NCBI GenBank assembly: GCA_964016885.1
Contig: OZ024759.1
Span: 930,001-994,000 of the forward strand
Length of the DNA: 64,000 nucleotides
Reading direction: 5' to 3'
Source: Eledone cirrhosa
Taxonomy: Eukaryota
The notes below the pieces were generated by a model. That model had not been told where the DNA came from, ran no database searches, and saw nothing but the letters and a program-made list of their open reading frames with translations. Of the stretch, positions 14,401 through 30,300 are shown one piece after another (position 1 is the stretch's first letter; each line of letters begins with the position of its first letter). Both the position numbers and the translations under genes were made by a program.

Positions 14401-17320
14401 ATATTAGTAACATGACAAAGTCTATATTAGTAACATGACAGTCTATATTAGTAACATGACAAAGTCTATATTAGTAACATGACACAGTCTATATTAGTAA
14501 CATGACAAAGTCTCTATTAATAACATGACAAAGTCTATATTAGTAACATGACAGTCTATATTAGTAACATGACAAAGTCTCTATTAGTAACATGGCAAAG
14601 TCTATATTAGTAACATGACAGTCTATATTAGTAACATGACAAAGTCTATATTAGTAACATGACAGTCTATATTGTAACATGACACATTCTATATTAGTAA
14701 CATGACACAGTCTATATTAGTAACATGACAGTCTATATTAGTAACATGACAAAGTCTATATTAGTAACATGACAAAGTCTATATTAGTAACATGACACAG
14801 TCTATATTAGTAGCATGACACAGTCTATATTAGTAACATGACAAAGTCTATATTAGTAACATGACACAGTCTATATTAGTAACATGACAAAGTCTATATT
14901 AGTAACATGACACAGTCTATATTAGTAACATGACATAGTCTATATTAGTAACATGACAAAGTCTATATTAGTAACATGACAGTCTATATTAGTAACATGA
15001 CAAAGTCTATATTAGTAGCATGACAAAGTCTATATTAGTAACATGACACAGTCTATATTAGTAACGTGACAATCTATATTAGTAACATGACACAGTCTAT
15101 ATTAGTAACATGACAAAGTCTATATTAGTAGCATGACAAAGTCTATATTAGTAACATGACAGTCTATATTAGTAGCATGACAAAGTCTATATTAGTAGCA
15201 TGACAAGGTCTATATTAGTAGCATGACACAGTCTATATTAGTAACATGACACAGTCTATATTAGTAACATGACACAGTCTATATTAGTAACATGACAAAG
15301 TCTATTTTAGTAGCATGACAAAGTCTATATTAGCAACATGACAAAGTCTATATTAGTAACATAACACAGTCTATATTATTAACATGACAAAGTCTATATT
15401 AGTAACATGACAAAGTCTATATTAGTAACATGACACAGTCTATATTAGTAACATGACAAAGTCTATATTAGTAACATGACAAAGTCTATATTAGTAACAT
15501 GACACAGTGTATATTAGTAATATGACAGTCTATATTAGTAGCATGACAAAGTCTATATTAGTAACATGACAAAGTCTATATTAGTAACATGACACAGTCT
15601 ATATTAGTAACATGACACAGTCTATATTAGTAACATGACACAGTCTATATTAGTAACATGACAAAGTCTATATTAGTAACATGGCAAAGTCTATATTAGT
15701 AACATGACAAAGTCTATATTAGTAACATGACAAGGTCTATATTAGTAACATGACACAGTCTATATTAGTAACATGACAAAGTCTATATTAGTAACATGAC
15801 ACAGTCTATATTAGTAACATGCCAAAGTCTATATTAGTAGCATGACAAAGTCTATATTAGTAGCATGACACAGTCTATATTAGTAACATGACACAGTCTA
15901 TATTAGTAACATGACACAGTCTATATTAGTAGCATGACAAAGTCTATATTAGTAACATGACAAAGTCTATATTAGTAACATGAGAAAGTCTATATTAGTA
16001 CCATGACACAGTCTATATTACTAACATGACAAAGTCTATATTAGTAACATGACAAAGTCTATATTAGTAACATGACAAAGTCTATATTAGTAACATGACA
16101 CAGTCTATATTAGTAACATGACACAGTATATATTAGTAACATGACACAGTCTATATTAGTAGCATGACAAAGTCTATATTAGTAACATGACACAGTCTAT
16201 ATTAGTAACATGACACAGTCTATATTAGTAACATGACACAGTCTATATTAGTAACATGACAAAGTCTATATTAGTAACGTGACACAGTCTATATTAGTAA
16301 CATGACAAAGTCTATATTAGTAACATGACAGTCTATATTAGTAACATGACAGTCTATATTAGTAGCATGACAAAGTCTATATTAGTAACATGACAAAGTC
16401 TATATTAGTAACATGACACAGTCTATATTAGTAACATGACACAGTCTATATTAGTAACATGACAGTCTATATTAGTAGCATGACAAAGTCTATATTAGTA
16501 ACATGACACAGTCTATATTAGTAACATGACAAAGTCTATATTAGTAACATGACAGTCTATATTAGTAACATGACACAGTCTATATTAGTAACATGACACA
16601 GTCTATATTAGTAACATGACAAAGTCTATATTAGTAACATGACAAAGTCTATATTAGTAACATGACAGTCTATATTAGTAACATGACAAAGTCTATATTA
16701 GTAACATGACACAGTCTATATTAGTAACATGACAAAGTCTCTATTAATAACATGACAAAGTCTATATTAGTAACATGACAGTCTATATTAGTAACATGAC
16801 AAAGTCTCTATTAGTAACATGGCAAAGTCTATATTAGTAACATGACAGTCTATATTAGTAACATGACAAAGTCTATATTAGTAACATGACAGTCTATATT
16901 GTAACATGACACATTCTATATTAGTAACATGACACAGTCTATATTAGTAACATGACAGTCTATATTAGTAACATGACAAAGTCTATATTAGTAACATGAC
17001 AAAGTCTATATTAGTAACATGACACAGTCTATATTAGTAGCATGACACAGTCTATATTAGTAACATGACAAAGTCTATATTAGTAACATGACACAGTCTA
17101 TATTAGTAACATGACAAAGTCTATATTAGTAACATGACACAGTCTATATTAGTAACATGACATAGTCTATATTAGTAACATGACAAAGTCTATATTAGTA
17201 ACATGACAGTCTATATTAGTAACATGACAAAGTCTATATTAGTAGCATGACAAAGTCTATATTAGTAACATGACACAGTCTATATTAGTAACGTGACAAT
17301 CTATATTAGTAACATGACAC
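3270..17320 (+). repeat. Higher-order duplication, offset 7705 bp (~3270-9610 vs ~10980-17320)
   Basis: GTGTAT 3321/11026; TAGGAAC 5131/12836; ATCGTACC 5532/13237; GACGG 6077/13782; GAGAAAG 8277/15982; AACGTGACAATC 9588/17293. Confidence 0.92.
8940..10900 (+). repeat. Local tandem duplication, offset 972 bp
   Basis: AGTCTCTATTAATAAC at 9031 and 10003; AGTCTATTTTAG at 9821 and 10793. Confidence 0.85.
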
Positions 17321-18340
17321 AGTCTATATTAGTAACATGACAAAGTCTATATTAGTAGCATGACAAAGTCTATATTAGTAACATGACAGTCTATATTAGT
17401 AGCATGACAAAGTCTATATTAGTAGCATGACAAGGTCTATATTAGTAGCATGACACAGTCTATATTAGTAACATGACACAGTCTATATTAGTAACATGAC
17501 ACAGTCTATATTAGTAACATGACAAAGTCTATTTTAGTAGCATGACAAAGTCTATATTAGCAACATGACAAAGTCTATATTAGTAACATAACACAGTCTA
17601 TATTATTAACATGACAAAGTCTATATTAGTAACATGACAAAGTCTATATTAGTAACATGACACAGTCTATATTAGTAACATGACAAAGTCTATATTAGTA
17701 ACATGACAAAGTCTATATTAGTAACATGACACAGTGTATATTAGTAATATGACAGTCTATATTAGTAGCATGACAAAGTCTATATTAGTAACATGACAAA
17801 GTCTATATTAGTAACATGACACAGTCTATATTAGTAACATGACACAGTCTATATTAGTAACATGACACAGTCTATATTAGTAACATGACAAAGTCTATAT
17901 TAGTAACATGGCAAAGTCTATATTAGTAACATGACAAAGTCTATATTAGTAACATGACAAGGTCTATATTAGTAACATGACACAGTCTATATTAGTAACA
18001 TGACAAAGTCTATATTAGTAACATGACACAGTCTATATTAGTAACATGCCAAAGTCTATATTAGTAGCATGACAAAGTCTATATTAGTAGCATGACACAG
18101 TCTATATTAGTAACATGACACAGTCTATATTAGTAACATGACACAGTCTATATTAGTAGCATGACAAAGTCTATATTAGTAACATGACAAAGTCTATATT
18201 AGTAACATGAGAAAGTCTATATTAGTACCATGACACAGTCTATATTACTAACATGACAAAGTCTATATTAGTAACATGACAAAGTCTATATTAGTAACAT
18301 GACAAAGTCTATATTAGTAACATGACACAGTCTATATTAG
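13890..18340 (+). repeat. Tandem pair of a 2227-bp higher-order unit (same offset also seen at 6194/8421 and 26175/28402)
   Basis: GAGAAAG-GTACC-TTACTAA at 15982/18209 and 26175/28402; ACAGTATATAT at 6194/8421. Confidence 0.9.
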
Positions 18341-21300
18341 TAACATGACAAAGTCTATATTAGTAACATGACACAGTCTATATTAGTAACATGACAAAGT
18401 CTATATTAGTAGCATGACAAAGTCTATATTAGTAACATGACACAGTCTATATTAGTAACATGACAAAGTCTATATTAGTAACATGACAAAGTCTATATTA
18501 GTAACATGACAAAGTCTATATTAGTAACATGACTAAGTCTATATTAGTAACATGACACAGTCTATATTAGTAACATGACAGTCTATATTAGTAGCATGAC
18601 AAAGTCTATATTAGTAACATGACAAAGTCTATATTAGTAACATGACACAGTCTATATTAGTAACATGACACAGTGTATATTAGTAACATGACAGTGTATA
18701 TTAGTAACATGACAAAGTCTATATTAGTAACATGGCAAAGTCTATGTTAGTAACATGACAAAGTCTATATTAGTAACATGACAGTCTATATTAGTAACAT
18801 GACACATTCTATATTAGTAACATGACAAAGTCTATATTAGTAGCATGACAAAGTCTATATTAGTAACATGACAGTCTATATTAGTAACATGCCAAAGTCT
18901 ATATTAGTAGCATGACAAAGTCTATATTAGTAGCATGACACAGTCTATATTAGTAACATGACACAGTCTATATTAGTAACATGACACAGTCTATATTTGT
19001 AGCATGACAAAGTCTATATTAGTAACATGACAAAGTCTATATTAGTAACATGACACAGTCTATATTAGTAACATGACAAAGTCTATATTAGTAACATGAC
19101 AAAGTCTATATTAGTAACATGACACAGTGTATATTAGTAATATGACAGTCTATATTAGTAGCATGACAAAGTCTATATTAGTAACATGACAAAGTCTATA
19201 TTAGTAACATGACACAGTCTATATTAGTAACATGACACAGTCTATATTAGTAACATGACACAGTCTATATTAGTAACATGACAAAGTCTATATTAGTAAC
19301 ATGGCAAAGTCTATATTAGTAACATGACAAAGTCTATATTAGTAACATGACAAGGTCTATATTAGTAACATGACACAGTCTATATTAGTAACATGACAAA
19401 GTCTATATTAGTAACATGACACAGTCTATATTAGTAACATGCCAAAGTCTATATTAGTAGCATGACAAAGTCTATATTAGTAGCATGACACAGTCTATAT
19501 TAGTAACATGACACAGTCTATATTAGTAACATGACACAGTCTATATTAGTAGCATGACAAAGTCTATATTAGTAACATGACAAAGTCTATATTAGTAACA
19601 TGAGAAAGTCTATATTAGTAACATGACACAGTCTATATTAGTAACATGACAAAGTCTATATTAGTAACATGACACAGTCTATATTAGTAACATGACACAG
19701 TCTATATTAGTAACATGACAAAGTCTATATTAGTAGCATGACCAAGTCTATATTAGTAACATGACAAAGTCTATATTAGTAACATGACACAGTCTATATT
19801 AGTAACATGACAAAGTCTATATTAGTAACATGACGGTCTATATTAGTAACATGACAGTCTATATTAGTAGCATGACAAAGTCTATATTAGTAACATGACA
19901 CAGTCTATATTAGTAACATGACACAGTCTATATTAGTAACATGACACAGTCTATATTAGTAACATGACAAAGTCTATATTAGTAGCATGACAAAGTCTAT
20001 ATTAGTAACATGACACAGTCTATATTAGTAACATGACACAGTCTATATTAGTAACATGACATAGTCTATATTAGTAACATGACAAAGTCTATATTAGTAG
20101 CATGACACAGTCTAAATTAGTAACATGACACAGTCTATATTAGTAACATGACAGTCTATATTAGTAACATGACACAGTCTATATTAGTAACATGACAAAG
20201 TCTATATTAGTAGTATGACAAAGTCTATATTAGTAACATGACAGTCTATATTAGTAACATGACAAAGTCTATATTAGTAGCATGACAAAGTCTATATTAG
20301 TAGCATGATACAGTCTATATTAGTAACATGACACAGTCTATATTAGTAACATGACACAGTCTATATTAGTAACATGACAAAGTCTATATTAGTAGCATAA
20401 CAAAGTCTATATTAGTAACATGACAAAGTCTATATTAGTAACATGACACAGTCTATATTAGTAACATGACAAAGTCTATATTAGGAACATGACAGTCTAT
20501 ATTAGTAACATGACACAGTCTATATTAGTAACATGACAAAGTCTATATTAGTAACATGACACAGTCTATATTAGTAACATGACACAGTCTATATTAGTAA
20601 CATGACACAGTTTATATTAGTAACATGACAACGTCTATATTATTAACATGACAAAGTCTATATTAGTAACATGGCAGTCTATATTAGTAACATGACAAAG
20701 TCTATATTAGTAACATGACACAGTCTATATTAGTAACATGACAAAGACTCTATTAGTAACATGACAAAGTCTATATTAGTAACATGACAGTCTATATTAG
20801 TAACATGACAAAATCTATATTAGTAACATGACAGTCTATATTAGTAACATGACAAAGTCTATATTAGTAACATGACAGTCTATATCGTACCATGACACAG
20901 TCTATATTAGTAACATGACATAGTCTATATTAGTAACATGACAAAGTCTATATTAGTAACATGACAGTCTATATTGTAACATGACACAGTCTATATTAGT
21001 AACATGACACAGTCTATATTAGTAACATGACAGTCTATATTAGTAACATGACACAGTCTATATTAGTAACATGACACAGTCTATATTAGTAACATGACAG
21101 TCTATATTAGTAGCATGGCAATGTCTATATTAGTAACATGACACAGTCTATATTAGTAACAAGACATAGTCTATATTAGTAACATGACATAGTCTATATT
21201 AGTAGCATGACAAAGTCTATATTAGTAACATGACAAAGTCTATATTAGTAACATGACACAGTCTATCTTAGTAACATGACAAAGTCTATATTAGTAACAT

Positions 21301-24300
21301 GACACAGTCTATATTAGTAACATGACAAAGTCTATATTAGTAGCATGACAAAGTCTATATTAGTAACATGACACAGTCTATATTAGTAACATGACAAAGT
21401 CTATATTAGTAACATGACAAAGTCTATATTAGTAACATGACAAAGTCTATATTAGTAACATGACTAAGTCTATATTAGTAACATGACACAGTCTATATTA
21501 GTAACATGACAGTCTATATTAGTAGCATGACAAAGTCTATATTAGTAACATGACAAAGTCTATATTAGTAACATGACACAGTCTATATTAGTAACATGAC
21601 ACAGTCTATATTAGTAACATGACAGTCTATATTAGTAACATGACAAAGTCTATATTAGTAACATGGCAAAGTCTATGTTAGTAACATGACAAAGTCTATA
21701 TTAGTAACATGACAGTCTATATTAGTAACATGACACATTCTATATTAGTAACATGACAAAGTCTATATTAGTAGCATGACAAAGTCTATATTAGTAACAT
21801 GACAGTCTATATTAGTAACATGCCAAAGTCTATATTAGTAGCATGACAAAGTCTATATTAGTAACATGACAAAGTCTATATTAGTAGCATGACAAAGTCT
21901 ATATTAGTAGCATGATACAGTCTATATTATTAACATGACACAGTCTATATTAGTAACATGACACAGTCTATATTAGTAACATGACAAAGTCTATATTAGT
22001 AGCATAACAAAGTCTATATTAGTAACATGACAAAGTCTATATTAGTAACATGACACAGTCTATATTAGTAACATGACAAAGTCTATATTAGTAACATGAC
22101 AGTCTATATTAGTAACATGACACAGTCTATATTAGTAACATGACAAAGTATATATTAGTAACATGACACAGTCTATATTAGTAACATGACACAGTCTATA
22201 TTAGTAACATGACACAGTTGATATTAGTAACATGACAAAGTCTATATTATTAACATGACAAAGTCTATATTAGTAACATGGCAGTCTATATTAGTAACAT
22301 GACAAAGTCTATATTAGTAACATGACACAGTCTATATTAGTAACATGACAAAGACTCTATTAGTAACATGACAAAGTCTATATTAGTAACATGACAGTCT
22401 ATATTAGTAACATGACAAAATCTATATTAGTAACATGACAGTCTATATTAGTAACATGACAAAGTCTATATTAGTAACATGACAGTCTATATCGTACCAT
22501 GACACAGTCTATATTAGTAACATGACATAGTCTATATTAGTAACATGACAAAGTCTATATTAGTAACATGACAGTCTATATTGTAACATGACACAGTCTA
22601 TATTAGTAACATGACACAGTCTATATTAGTAACATGACAGTCTATATTAGTAACATGACACAGTCTATATTAGTAACATGACACAGTCTATATTAGTAAC
22701 ATGACAGTCTATATTAGTAGCATGGCAATGTCTATATTAGTAACATGACACAGTCTATATTAGTAACAAGACATAGTCTATATTAGTAACATGACATAGT
22801 CTATATTAGTAGCATGACAAAGTCTATATTAGTAACATGACAAAGTCTATATTAGTAACATGACACAGTCTATCTTAGTAACATGACAAAGTCTATATTA
22901 GTAACATGACACAGTCTATATTAGTAACATGACAAAGTCTATATTAGTAGCATGACAAAGTCTATATTAGTAACATGACACAGTCTATATTAGTAACATG
23001 ACAAAGTCTATATTAGTAACATGACAAAGTCTATATTAGTAACATGACAAAGTCTATATTAGTAACATGACTAAGTCTATATTAGTAACATGACACAGTC
23101 TATATTAGTAACATGACAGTCTATATTAGTAGCATGACAAAGTCTATATTAGTAACATGACAAAGTCTATATTAGTAACATGACACAGTCTATATTAGTA
23201 ACATGACACAGTGTATATTAGTAACATGACAGTGTATATTAGTAACATGACAAAGTCTATATTAGTAACATGGCAAAGTCTATGTTAGTAACATGACAAA
23301 GTCTATATTAGTAACATGACAGTCTATATTAGTAACATGACACATTCTATATTAGTAACATGACAAAGTCTATATTAGTAGCATGACAAAGTCTATATTA
23401 GTAACATGACAGTCTATATTAGTAACATGCCAAAGTCTATATTAGTAGCATGACAAAGTCTATATTAGTAGCATGACACAGTCTATATTAGTAACATGAC
23501 ACAGTCTATATTAGTAACATGACACAGTCTATATTTGTAGCATGACAAAGTCTATATTAGTAACATGACAAAGTCTATATTAGTAACATGACACAGTCTA
23601 TATTAGTAACATGACAAAGTCTATATTAGTAACATGACAAAGTCTATATTAGTAACATGACACAGTGTATATTAGTAACATGACACAGTCTATATTAGTA
23701 ACATGACAGTCTATATTAGTAGCATGACAAAGTCTATATTAGTAACATGACAAAGTCTATATTAGTAACATGACACAGTCTATATTAGTAACATGACACA
23801 ATCTATATTAGTAACATGACAGTCTATATTAGTAACATGACAAAGTCTATATTAGTAACATGGCAAAGTCTATGTTAGTAACATGACAAAGTCTATATTA
23901 GTAACATGACAGTCTATATTAGTAACATGACACATTCTATATTAGTAACATGACAAAGTCTATATTAGTAGCATGACAAAGTCTATATTAGTAACATGAC
24001 AGTCTATATTAGTAACATGCCAAAGTCTATATTAGTAGCATGACAAAGTCTATATTAGTAACATGACAAAGTCTATATTAGTAGCATGACAAAGTCTATA
24101 TTAGTAGCATGATACAGTCTATATTAGTAACATGACACAGTCTATATTAGTAACATGACAAAGTCTATATTAGTAGCATAACAAAGTCTATATTAGTAAC
24201 ATGACAAAGTCTATATTAGTAACATGACACAGTCTATATTAGTAACATGACAAAGTCTATATTAGTAACATGACAGTCTATATTAGTAACATGACACAGT

Positions 24301-27300
24301 CTATATTAGTAACATGACAAAGTCTATATTAGTAACATGACACAGTCTATATTAGTAACATGACACAGTCTATATTAGTAACATGACACAGTTTATATTA
24401 GTAACATGACAAAGTCTATATTATTAACATGACAAAGTCTATATTAGTAACATGGCAGTCTATATTAGTAACATGACAAAGTCTATATTAGTAACATGAC
24501 ACAGTCTATATTAGTAACATGACAAAGACTCTATTAGTAACATGACAAAGTCTATATTAGTAACATGACAGTCTATATTAGTAACATGACAAAATCTATA
24601 TTAGTAACATGACAGTCTATATTAGTAACATGACAAAGTCTATATTAGTAACATGACAGTCTATATCGTACCATGACACAGTCTATATTAGTAACATGAC
24701 ATAGTCTATATTAGTAACATGACAAAGTCTATATTAGTAACATGACAGTCTATATTGTAACATGACACAGTCTATATTAGTAACATGACACAGTCTATAT
24801 TAGTAACATGACAGTCTATATTAGTAACATGACACAGTCTATATTAGTAACATGACAGTCTATATTGTAACATGACACATTCTATATTAGTAACATGACA
24901 CAGTCTATATTAGTAACATGACAGTCTATATTAGTAACATGACAAAGTCTATATTAGTAACATGACAAAGTCTATATTAGTAACATGACACAGTCTATAT
25001 TAGTAGCATGACACAGTCTATATTAGTAACATGACAAAGTCTATATTAGTAACATGACACAGTCTATATTAGTAACATGACAAAGTCTATATTAGTAACA
25101 TGACACAGTCTATATTAGTAACATGACATAGTCTATATTAGTAACATGACAAAGTCTATATTAGTAACATGACAGTCTATATTAGTAACATGACAAAGTC
25201 TATATTAGTAGCATGACAAAGTCTATATTAGTAACATGACACAGTCTATATTAGTAACGTGACAATCTATATTAGTAACATGACACAGTCTATATTAGTA
25301 ACATGACAAAGTCTATATTAGTAGCATGACAAAGTCTATATTAGTAACATGACAGTCTATATTAGTAGCATGACAAAGTCTATATTAGTAGCATGACAAG
25401 GTCTATATTAGTAGCATGACACAGTCTATATTAGTAACATGACACAGTCTATATTAGTAACATGACACAGTCTATATTAGTAACATGACAAAGTCTATTT
25501 TAGTAGCATGACAAAGTCTATATTAGCAACATGACAAAGTCTATATTAGTAACATAACACAGTCTATATTATTAACATGACAAAGTCTATATTAGTAACA
25601 TGACAAAGTCTATATTAGTAACATGACACAGTCTATATTAGTAACATGACAAAGTCTATATTAGTAACATGACAAAGTCTATATTAGTAACATGACACAG
25701 TGTATATTAGTAATATGACAGTCTATATTAGTAGCATGACAAAGTCTATATTAGTAACATGACAAAGTCTATATTAGTAACATGACACAGTCTATATTAG
25801 TAACATGACACAGTCTATATTAGTAACATGACACAGTCTATATTAGTAACATGACAAAGTCTATATTAGTAACATGGCAAAGTCTATATTAGTAACATGA
25901 CAAAGTCTATATTAGTAACATGACAAGGTCTATATTAGTAACATGACACAGTCTATATTAGTAACATGACAAAGTCTATATTAGTAACATGACACAGTCT
26001 ATATTAGTAACATGCCAAAGTCTATATTAGTAGCATGACAAAGTCTATATTAGTAGCATGACACAGTCTATATTAGTAACATGACACAGTCTATATTAGT
26101 AACATGACACAGTCTATATTAGTAGCATGACAAAGTCTATATTAGTAACATGACAAAGTCTATATTAGTAACATGAGAAAGTCTATATTAGTACCATGAC
26201 ACAGTCTATATTACTAACATGACAAAGTCTATATTAGTAACATGACAAAGTCTATATTAGTAACATGACAAAGTCTATATTAGTAACATGACACAGTCTA
26301 TATTAGTAACATGACACAGTATATATTAGTAACATGACACAGTCTATATTAGTAGCATGACAAAGTCTATATTAGTAACATGACACAGTCTATATTAGTA
26401 ACATGACACAGTCTATATTAGTAACATGACACAGTCTATATTAGTAACATGACAAAGTCTATATTAGTAACGTGACACAGTCTATATTAGTAACATGACA
26501 AAGTCTATATTAGTAACACGACAGTCTATATTAGTAACATGACAGTCTATATTAGTAGCATGACAAAGTCTATATTAGTAACATGACAAAGTCTATATTA
26601 GTAACATGACACAGTCTATATTAGTAACATGACACAGTCTATATTAGTAACATGACAGTCTATATTAGTAGCATGACAAAGTCTATATTAGTAACATGAC
26701 ACAGTCTATATTAGTAACATGACAAAGTCTATATTAGTAACATGACAGTCTATATTAGTAACATGACACAGTCTATATTAGTAACATGACACAGTCTATA
26801 TTAGTAACATGACAAAGTCTATATTAGTAACATGACAAAGTCTATATTAGTAACATGACAGTCTATATTAGTAACATGACAAAGTCTATATTAGTAACAT
26901 GACACAGTCTATATTAGTAACATGACAAAGTCTCTATTAATAACATGACAAAGTCTATATTAGTAACATGACAGTCTATATTAGTAACATGACAAAGTCT
27001 CTATTAGTAACATGGCAAAGTCTATATTAGTAACATGACAGTCTATATTAGTAACATGACAAAGTCTATATTAGTAACATGACAGTCTATATTGTAACAT
27101 GACACATTCTATATTAGTAACATGACACAGTCTATATTAGTAACATGACAGTCTATATTAGTAACATGACAAAGTCTATATTAGTAACATGACAAAGTCT
27201 ATATTAGTAACATGACACAGTCTATATTAGTAGCATGACACAGTCTATATTAGTAACATGACAAAGTCTATATTAGTAACATGACACAGTCTATATTAGT

Positions 27301-30300
27301 AACATGACAAAGTCTATATTAGTAACATGACACAGTCTATATTAGTAACATGACATAGTCTATATTAGTAACATGACAAAGTCTATATTAGTAACATGAC
27401 AGTCTATATTAGTAACATGACAAAGTCTATATTAGTAGCATGACAAAGTCTATATTAGTAACATGACACAGTCTATATTAGTAACGTGACAATCTATATT
27501 AGTAACATGACACAGTCTATATTAGTAACATGACAAAGTCTATATTAGTAGCATGACAAAGTCTATATTAGTAACATGACAGTCTATATTAGTAGCATGA
27601 CAAAGTCTATATTAGTAGCATGACAAGGTCTATATTAGTAGCATGACACAGTCTATATTAGTAACATGACACAGTCTATATTAGTAACATGACACAGTCT
27701 ATATTAGTAACATGACAAAGTCTATTTTAGTAGCATGACAAAGTCTATATTAGCAACATGACAAAGTCTATATTAGTAACATAACACAGTCTATATTATT
27801 AACATGACAAAGTCTATATTAGTAACATGACAAAGTCTATATTAGTAACATGACACAGTCTATATTAGTAACATGACAAAGTCTATATTAGTAACATGAC
27901 AAAGTCTATATTAGTAACATGACACAGTGTATATTAGTAATATGACAGTCTATATTAGTAGCATGACAAAGTCTATATTAGTAACATGACAAAGTCTATA
28001 TTAGTAACATGACACAGTCTATATTAGTAACATGACACAGTCTATATTAGTAACATGACACAGTCTATATTAGTAACATGACAAAGTCTATATTAGTAAC
28101 ATGGCAAAGTCTATATTAGTAACATGACAAAGTCTATATTAGTAACATGACAAGGTCTATATTAGTAACATGACACAGTCTATATTAGTAACATGACAAA
28201 GTCTATATTAGTAACATGACACAGTCTATATTAGTAACATGCCAAAGTCTATATTAGTAGCATGACAAAGTCTATATTAGTAGCATGACACAGTCTATAT
28301 TAGTAACATGACACAGTCTATATTAGTAACATGACACAGTCTATATTAGTAGCATGACAAAGTCTATATTAGTAACATGACAAAGTCTATATTAGTAACA
28401 TGAGAAAGTCTATATTAGTACCATGACACAGTCTATATTACTAACATGACAAAGTCTATATTAGTAACATGACAAAGTCTATATTAGTAACATGACAAAG
28501 TCTATATTAGTAACATGACACAGTCTATATTAGTAACATGACAAAGTCTATATTAGTAACATGACACAGTCTATATTAGTAACATGACAAAGTCTATATT
28601 AGTAGCATGACAAAGTCTATATTAGTAACATGACACAGTCTATATTAGTAACATGACAAAGTCTATATTAGTAACATGACAAAGTCTATATTAGTAACAT
28701 GACAAAGTCTATATTAGTAACATGACTAAGTCTATATTAGTAACATGACACAGTCTATATTAGTAACATGACAGTCTATATTAGTAGCATGACAAAGTCT
28801 ATATTAGTAACATGACAAAGTCTATATTAGTAACATGACACAGTCTATATTAGTAACATGACACAGTGTATATTAGTAACATGACAGTGTATATTAGTAA
28901 CATGACAAAGTCTATATTAGTAACATGGCAAAGTCTATGTTAGTAACATGACAAAGTCTATATTAGTAACATGACAGTCTATATTAGTAACATGACACAT
29001 TCTATATTAGTAACATGACAAAGTCTATATTAGTAGCATGACAAAGTCTATATTAGTAACATGACAGTCTATATTAGTAACATGCCAAAGTCTATATTAG
29101 TAGCATGACAAAGTCTATATTAGTAGCATGACACAGTCTATATTAGTAACATGACACAGTCTATATTAGTAACATGACACAGTCTATATTTGTAGCATGA
29201 CAAAGTCTATATTAGTAACATGACAAAGTCTATATTAGTAACATGACACAGTCTATATTAGTAACATGACAAAGTCTATATTAGTAACATGACAAAGTCT
29301 ATATTAGTAACATGACACAGTGTATATTAGTAATATGACAGTCTATATTAGTAGCATGACAAAGTCTATATTAGTAACATGACAAAGTCTATATTAGTAA
29401 CATGACACAGTCTATATTAGTAACATGACACAGTCTATATTAGTAACATGACACAGTCTATATTAGTAACATGACAAAGTCTATATTAGTAACATGGCAA
29501 AGTCTATATTAGTAACATGACAAAGTCTATATTAGTAACATGACAAGGTCTATATTAGTAACATGACACAGTCTATATTAGTAACATGACAAAGTCTATA
29601 TTAGTAACATGACACAGTCTATATTAGTAACATGCCAAAGTCTATATTAGTAGCATGACAAAGTCTATATTAGTAGCATGACACAGTCTATATTAGTAAC
29701 ATGACACAGTCTATATTAGTAACATGACACAGTCTATATTAGTAGCATGACAAAGTCTATATTAGTAACATGACAAAGTCTATATTAGTAACATGAGAAA
29801 GTCTATATTAGTAACATGACACAGTCTATATTAGTAACATGACAAAGTCTATATTAGTAACATGACACAGTCTATATTAGTAACATGACACAGTCTATAT
29901 TAGTAACATGACAAAGTCTATATTAGTAGCATGACCAAGTCTATATTAGTAACATGACAAAGTCTATATTAGTAACATGACACAGTCTATATTAGTAACA
30001 TGACAAAGTCTATATTAGTAACATGACGGTCTATATTAGTAACATGACAGTCTATATTAGTAGCATGACAAAGTCTATATTAGTAACATGACACAGTCTA
30101 TATTAGTAACATGACACAGTCTATATTAGTAACATGACACAGTCTATATTAGTAACATGACAAAGTCTATATTAGTAGCATGACAAAGTCTATATTAGTA
30201 ACATGACACAGTCTATATTAGTAACATGACACAGTCTATATTAGTAACATGACATAGTCTATATTAGTAACATGACAAAGTCTATATTAGTAGCATGACA

